The notes under the pieces are model-generated. The model worked only from the letters and a program-made list of their open reading frames with translations. It searched no databases and was not told the origin of the DNA. The position numbers and the translations under genes are program-made. From Octopus sinensis (lineage: Eukaryota), in NCBI RefSeq assembly GCF_006345805.1, contig NW_021836213.1, positions 1 to 25,193 of the forward strand: 25,193 bases of DNA, in the 5' to 3' direction. Below are positions 20,999 through 25,193 of the stretch, in pieces (position 1 is the first letter of the stretch; each line of letters starts with the position of its first letter).

Positions 20999-21280
20999 GT
21001 ATGTATATATATATATATGTAAAGTGGCAGTCCAATCTTCCCTAAATTCACACTACTTTCTTGTATAATAAAGGATTATACTACATCCTGTAGTCCTCCA
21101 TATTGCTAAAAATGAAGGCATGTTCATGGCTAGATATGTTTGACCACAGACCTCGTCAATCAGGACTCCTTTAAGGGTTAAAAACATGTACACGTGTGCA
21201 TGAGAAGTTTGGCCTTCAAACACGTAAGGATGCGTCATATCATGAACCCTGGATTTCTATCTATGTTTCACTATCAAGTC

Positions 21281-21561
21281 CAATGGTTCTTAACCGGGCT
21301 CCATATGGCCCTTAGGGGTCCATATAAGGTTTTGTTGTTAAAATTTATCTGCAACCATCTGCTTATAGTTCTACAATATACGTGATATTTAAAATTCTTT
21401 TTAAAGTTGTATTACAAAACTACAGTAAGATTATATATATATATATAAAGCTACGATCTATATATATATAGAGAGATAGATTAAATGTCTATGGAGGTCC
21501 AGTTGAGTAAGATATAAATCAAAATGATTTATAGGTAAAAAAAAATGCCCGAGAACGACTG
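21281..21561. mobile_element. hAT-type MITE
   Basis: Ends CAATGGTTCTTAAC and GCCCGAGAACGACTG are degenerate CAGTGGTTCTCAAC TIRs. Flanking 8-mers ATCAAGTC and GTCTAGTC match at 6 of 8 positions, consistent with an 8-bp TSD. Confidence 0.65.
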
Positions 21562-21995
21562 GTCTAGTCGTTTGACCACCGATTGTCAATGTACATAGTG
21601 AAGTGAGCACTAGTATTTTTAACTTCGTGAACACGGAAATGACTTTAATTAGCAGAGATTTATATTTCTGTGTGTGTGGATGGGGAGGTTGTACAGTATA
21701 TATAAAGAACGAGTAAACAGCGTTCCAGAATGCGTGTCGAATAACTCAGCAGAAGTAAAAAAAGACAAGTGAGAAAAAAAAATATAACATACTAAGGGGA
21801 AGTATTCTGTCAACAATATTTCGTGAGTTGTCTCCCCTATCAATTATTTTGGATTGCGAGAATGATTCATTTGTGTGTCAAGTGAAAGCTATGACAGAAG
21901 CCACGTCTTCTTCAGTTTCTTTCTCACAGTAATAAGACTAACATCGCACTACACAGTCTACTACCACAGATGATGGTCGATATCTCTATCTGCGT

Positions 21996-22372
21996 TATAT
22001 CGACCACAGTGCGTAACTGGTACTTATTTAATCAACCCCGAAAGGATGAAAGGCAAAGTCGACCTCTGCAGAATTTGAACTGAGAACTTAGCGGTAGACA
22101 AAATACCTATTTCTTTACTACCCACAAGGGGCTACACACAGAGAGGACAAACAAGGACAGACAAACGGATTAAGTCGATTATATCGACCTCAGTACGCAA
22201 CTGGTACTTATTTAGTCGACCCCGAAAGGATGAAAGGCAAAGTCGACCTCGGCGGAATTTATCGACTTTGCCTTTCATCCTTCCAGAGTCGATAAATTGA
22301 GTAGCAGTTACGTACTGGAGTCGATCTAATCGACTGGCCCCTTCCCCTAAAATTTCGGGCCTTGAGTAGAAA
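21996..22372. mobile_element. SINE family B cluster: tandem minus-strand copies fused to an inverted plus-strand copy
   Basis: Minus copies at 21996-22259 and a plus copy at 22262-22372. The junction forms a 21-bp-arm palindrome. Confidence 0.85.
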
Positions 22373-22457
22373 AAAATTAATAAAAATAACGATAATCCTT
22401 TGTACTGGAGGCACAAGGCCTTAAGTTTATGCTGTATGTGAATCTGAGAAGGGAATA

Positions 22458-22867
22458 TACTCTTTTACTCTTTTACTTGTTTCAGTCATTTGACTGCGGC
22501 CATGCTGGAGCACCGCCTTTAATCGAGCAAATCGACCCCGGGACTTATTCTTTGTAAGCCCAGTACTTATTCTATCGGTCTCTTTTGCCGAACCGCTAAG
22601 TGACGAAGACGTAAACACACCAGCATCGGTTGTCAAGCAATGCTAGGGGGACAAACACACACACACAAACACACACACTTATATATATATATATACATAT
22701 ATACGACAGGCTTCTTTCAGTTTCCGTCTACCAAATCCACTCACAAGGCATTGATCGGCCCGGGGCTATAGCAGAAGACACTTGCCCAAGATGCCACGCA
22801 GTGGGACTGAACCTGGAACCATGTGGTTGGTTAGCAAGCTACTTACCACACAGCCACTCCTGCGCCT
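22458..22867 (-). mobile_element. Full-length SINE, family A
   Basis: Reverse complement of family A, close to the 11854 copy. Confidence 0.9.
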
Positions 22868-22949
22868 ATATGTTGATTAAAATTATAATTAAGTGATTCT
22901 TCAGTATTTTAGTTTACCCAGAGCCAGGAATTTTTCAGCTCATATCTAA

Positions 22950-23280
22950 ATGTGTGTGTGGAGGGTATGTGAGTGTGTGTGTGTGTGTGTGAGTGTGTGT
23001 GTATGTGGGTGTTTGTGTGAGTGAGTGTGTGTGTATGTGTGTTTGCGTGAGTGTGTGCGTGTCAGAGTATGTTTGTACACGCGTGTGTGTGTGTATTTAT
23101 TTGTATGAGTGCGTGTGTGCGTGTTAGAGTATGTTTGTGTCTGTGAATGCGTTGTGAGTGTGTGTTTGTGTGAGTGTGTGTATGTCTCTGTCATATTATG
23201 TTTGTATGTGTATGTGTGTGTATGTATGTGTTTGTACAATGGATGTATATTTGTGTGTGTTCACGTGTATTTGTATTTGT
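22950..23280. repeat. Degenerate (TG)n tract
   Basis: Directly visible. Confidence 0.93.
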
Positions 23281-23620
23281 CTCCTCACCGCCTGACAACT
23301 GGTGTTGGTTTGTTTACGTCCTCGTAACGCAGTAGATTTCTGCCACAGAAAAACTGGGAGTAAAAGTACCAGACTTAAAACACAAAGAGGGGTCGAATTG
23401 TTCGACTAACCCTGCGGATTTCAATGATAGGAACAACTTAAACTATTATTTACCTTGTTTTGTTAAATCATATTTGAACGGTAAGAAACTTGCTTCTCAA
23501 CCAGGTTTCTGGGTTCAGTCTCACTGAGCGGCACCTTGGACAAGTGTCTTCAACTATAGCCTCAGGTCAACCAAAGCCTTGTGAGTGGATTTAGTAGACG
23601 GAAACTAGAAGCCCATCGTA
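23280..23620 (+). mobile_element. Two degenerate SINE family A fragments (3' half, then 5' half)
   Basis: CTGACAACTGGTGTTGGTTTGTTTACGTCC at 23290, and GGTTCAGTCTCACTGAGCGGCACCTTGGACAAGTGTCTTC...GTAGACGGAAAC at 23512-23605. Confidence 0.7.
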
Positions 23621-23752
23621 TATAAGTGTGTGTCTGTGTGTCTGTGTGCCTCAGTGTGTGTGTGTGTGTGTGTGTGTATACTCCCTCCTCCCAAATTGCT
23701 GGCCCCGTGCCAAAATTTGAAATAATTATCATCACTTCTACTATTACTACTG

Positions 23753-24150
23753 AGGAGGCGAACTGATGGCAGAATCATTAGCATGCTGAACGAAATGCTT
23801 AGTGGTATTTCGTCTGTCTTTACGTTCTGAGTTCAAATTCCACCGAGGTCGATTTTGCCTTTCATCCTTTCGGGGTCGATTACATAAGTACCAGTTACGC
23901 ACTGGGGGCGATATAATCGACTTAATCCGTTTGTCTGTCCTTGTTTGTCCCCTCTATGTGTAGCCCCTTGTGGGTAGTAAAGAAATGGGTATTTCGTCTG
24001 CCGTTACGTTCTGAGTTGAAATTCCGCCGAGACCGACTTTGTCTTTCATCCTTTCGGGGTCGATAAATTGATTACTAGTGAAACACTGAGGTCGATGTAA
24101 TCGACTTTCCCCCTACCCTCAGACCTTGTGCCTATAATAGAAAGGATTAT
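23753..24150 (+). mobile_element. SINE family B, tandem dimer
   Basis: Two consecutive GTATTTCGTCTG...TTCTGAGTTCAAATTCC...CATCCTTTCGGGGTCGAT modules. Confidence 0.88.
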
Positions 24151-24705
24151 TAAGGTCGAGGCATTGATCGACGGACTCATTAAAGTGTCCGGGAAAACGC
24201 TTTGCTGTATTTATTCCAGCCCTTTTACATTCTGGGTTCAAATCTTGCTAAGGCCAACTTCGTGTTACATCCTTCCAGGGTACCACTGAAGTACTTCGGG
24301 ATGACAGTATCAACTAATTCTCCCTCCTCTCAAAACTGCTGGCGTTGTGATAAAATTAGAAACCAGCTTTTGTTGTTGACGGCGACGACGATGATGATGA
24401 CGACGACTATGATGACGGCGGCGGTAGTGGTAGGTTTTTTTTGTTTTACCTCATAAAAGTTGTGCGATGAAGGAGTTCCTGTTTCCCTTGTTATATAATA
24501 TATTGATAAATTTGTCTTCTCTAAAGTAGGCTCGATCAGTGCAGTTTATTTTATTTCCATTATAGAAGCTGTGTAATTGTTATACAGCTTCCCCATTTAG
24601 GGGGGAAATAGATTTATTAAGTGCTATTTGTTTCTATTTTCAATGGAGAAATTCGTTTCAATATGTCTGCAGTAATGGTGGCGACAGAACATGACTCTCA
24701 TAACA

Positions 24706-25035
24706 GTAGTGGTGGTGTGTGTAGTGGTGGTGGTGGTGGTGGTGGTGGTGTGGTGGTGGTGGTGGTTTTGGTTGTGGTGGTGGTTTTGGTTGTGGTGGTG
24801 GTTTGGTGGTGGTTTTGGTGGTTGTGTGGGTGTTGGGGTGTGGTGGTGGTGTTTTGGTGGTAGTGGTGGTGGTGGTGGTGGTGGTGGTGGTGGTGGTGGT
24901 GGTGGCGGTGGTGGTGCTTTTGGTTGTGGTGGTGGTTTGGTGGGGTGGTTTGGTGGTGGTGGTGGTGGTGGTGGTGGTGGATTAATAGCATAATAGTGGC
25001 GGTGGTGGTGATGGTGGTGATGGTGGTGGTGGTGG
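24706..25035. repeat. (GGT)n low-complexity tract
   Basis: Directly visible. No convincing splice-site pair was found. Confidence 0.9.
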
Positions 25036-25193
25036 CGGGGCATGCATCTCATAATAGTAATAAGCGGAGATTGACTTCATTATAGAGGCAGTAGCGGTGG
25101 GAGATGGTTATTATAATAGCTGTGGGGAAGGCTGGGAAGGAATCTCATAACAGAGTTGGAAGCGGCGGCGGGAGAGGAATCTCCTAAGGGTGA

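Noticed and set aside
24624-25052. Pro/His/Thr-rich ORFs as genes
   Set aside because: They are pure (GGT)n low-complexity translations with no supporting splice sites or unique coding flanks.

Overview
AT-rich eukaryotic window dominated by repeats. The SINE, Penelope and microsatellite content matches my recollection of octopus (coleoid cephalopod) genomes; this assignment is inference. Scattered 1-2 nt indels between tandem copies and inside coding stretches suggest an imperfectly polished long-read assembly. Almost all ORFs in the supplied track are microsatellite or repeat artefacts. The best host-gene signal is on the minus strand. A large Thr/Ser-rich mucin-like exon (about 7841-8752) has a phase-1 donor compatible with a phase-1 exon at 1760-1935. 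That second exon encodes a transmembrane helix and a short tail with an LxYxxI motif. The rest is transposon-derived: tRNA-derived SINEs of several families, Tc1/mariner and hAT relics and MITEs, a probable non-LTR retrotransposon zinc-knuckle relic, and many Penelope-like element (PLE) terminal repeats with fold-back structure. The most striking feature is a dense set of hammerhead-ribozyme motifs. It includes a 1.5-kb tandem-plus-inverted array of a ~360-bp unit whose four hammerhead folds carry a non-canonical core (consensus CUGCAUUGAAAA), and a PLE whose terminal repeat places a tRNA-like Pol III head upstream of an intact hammerhead.
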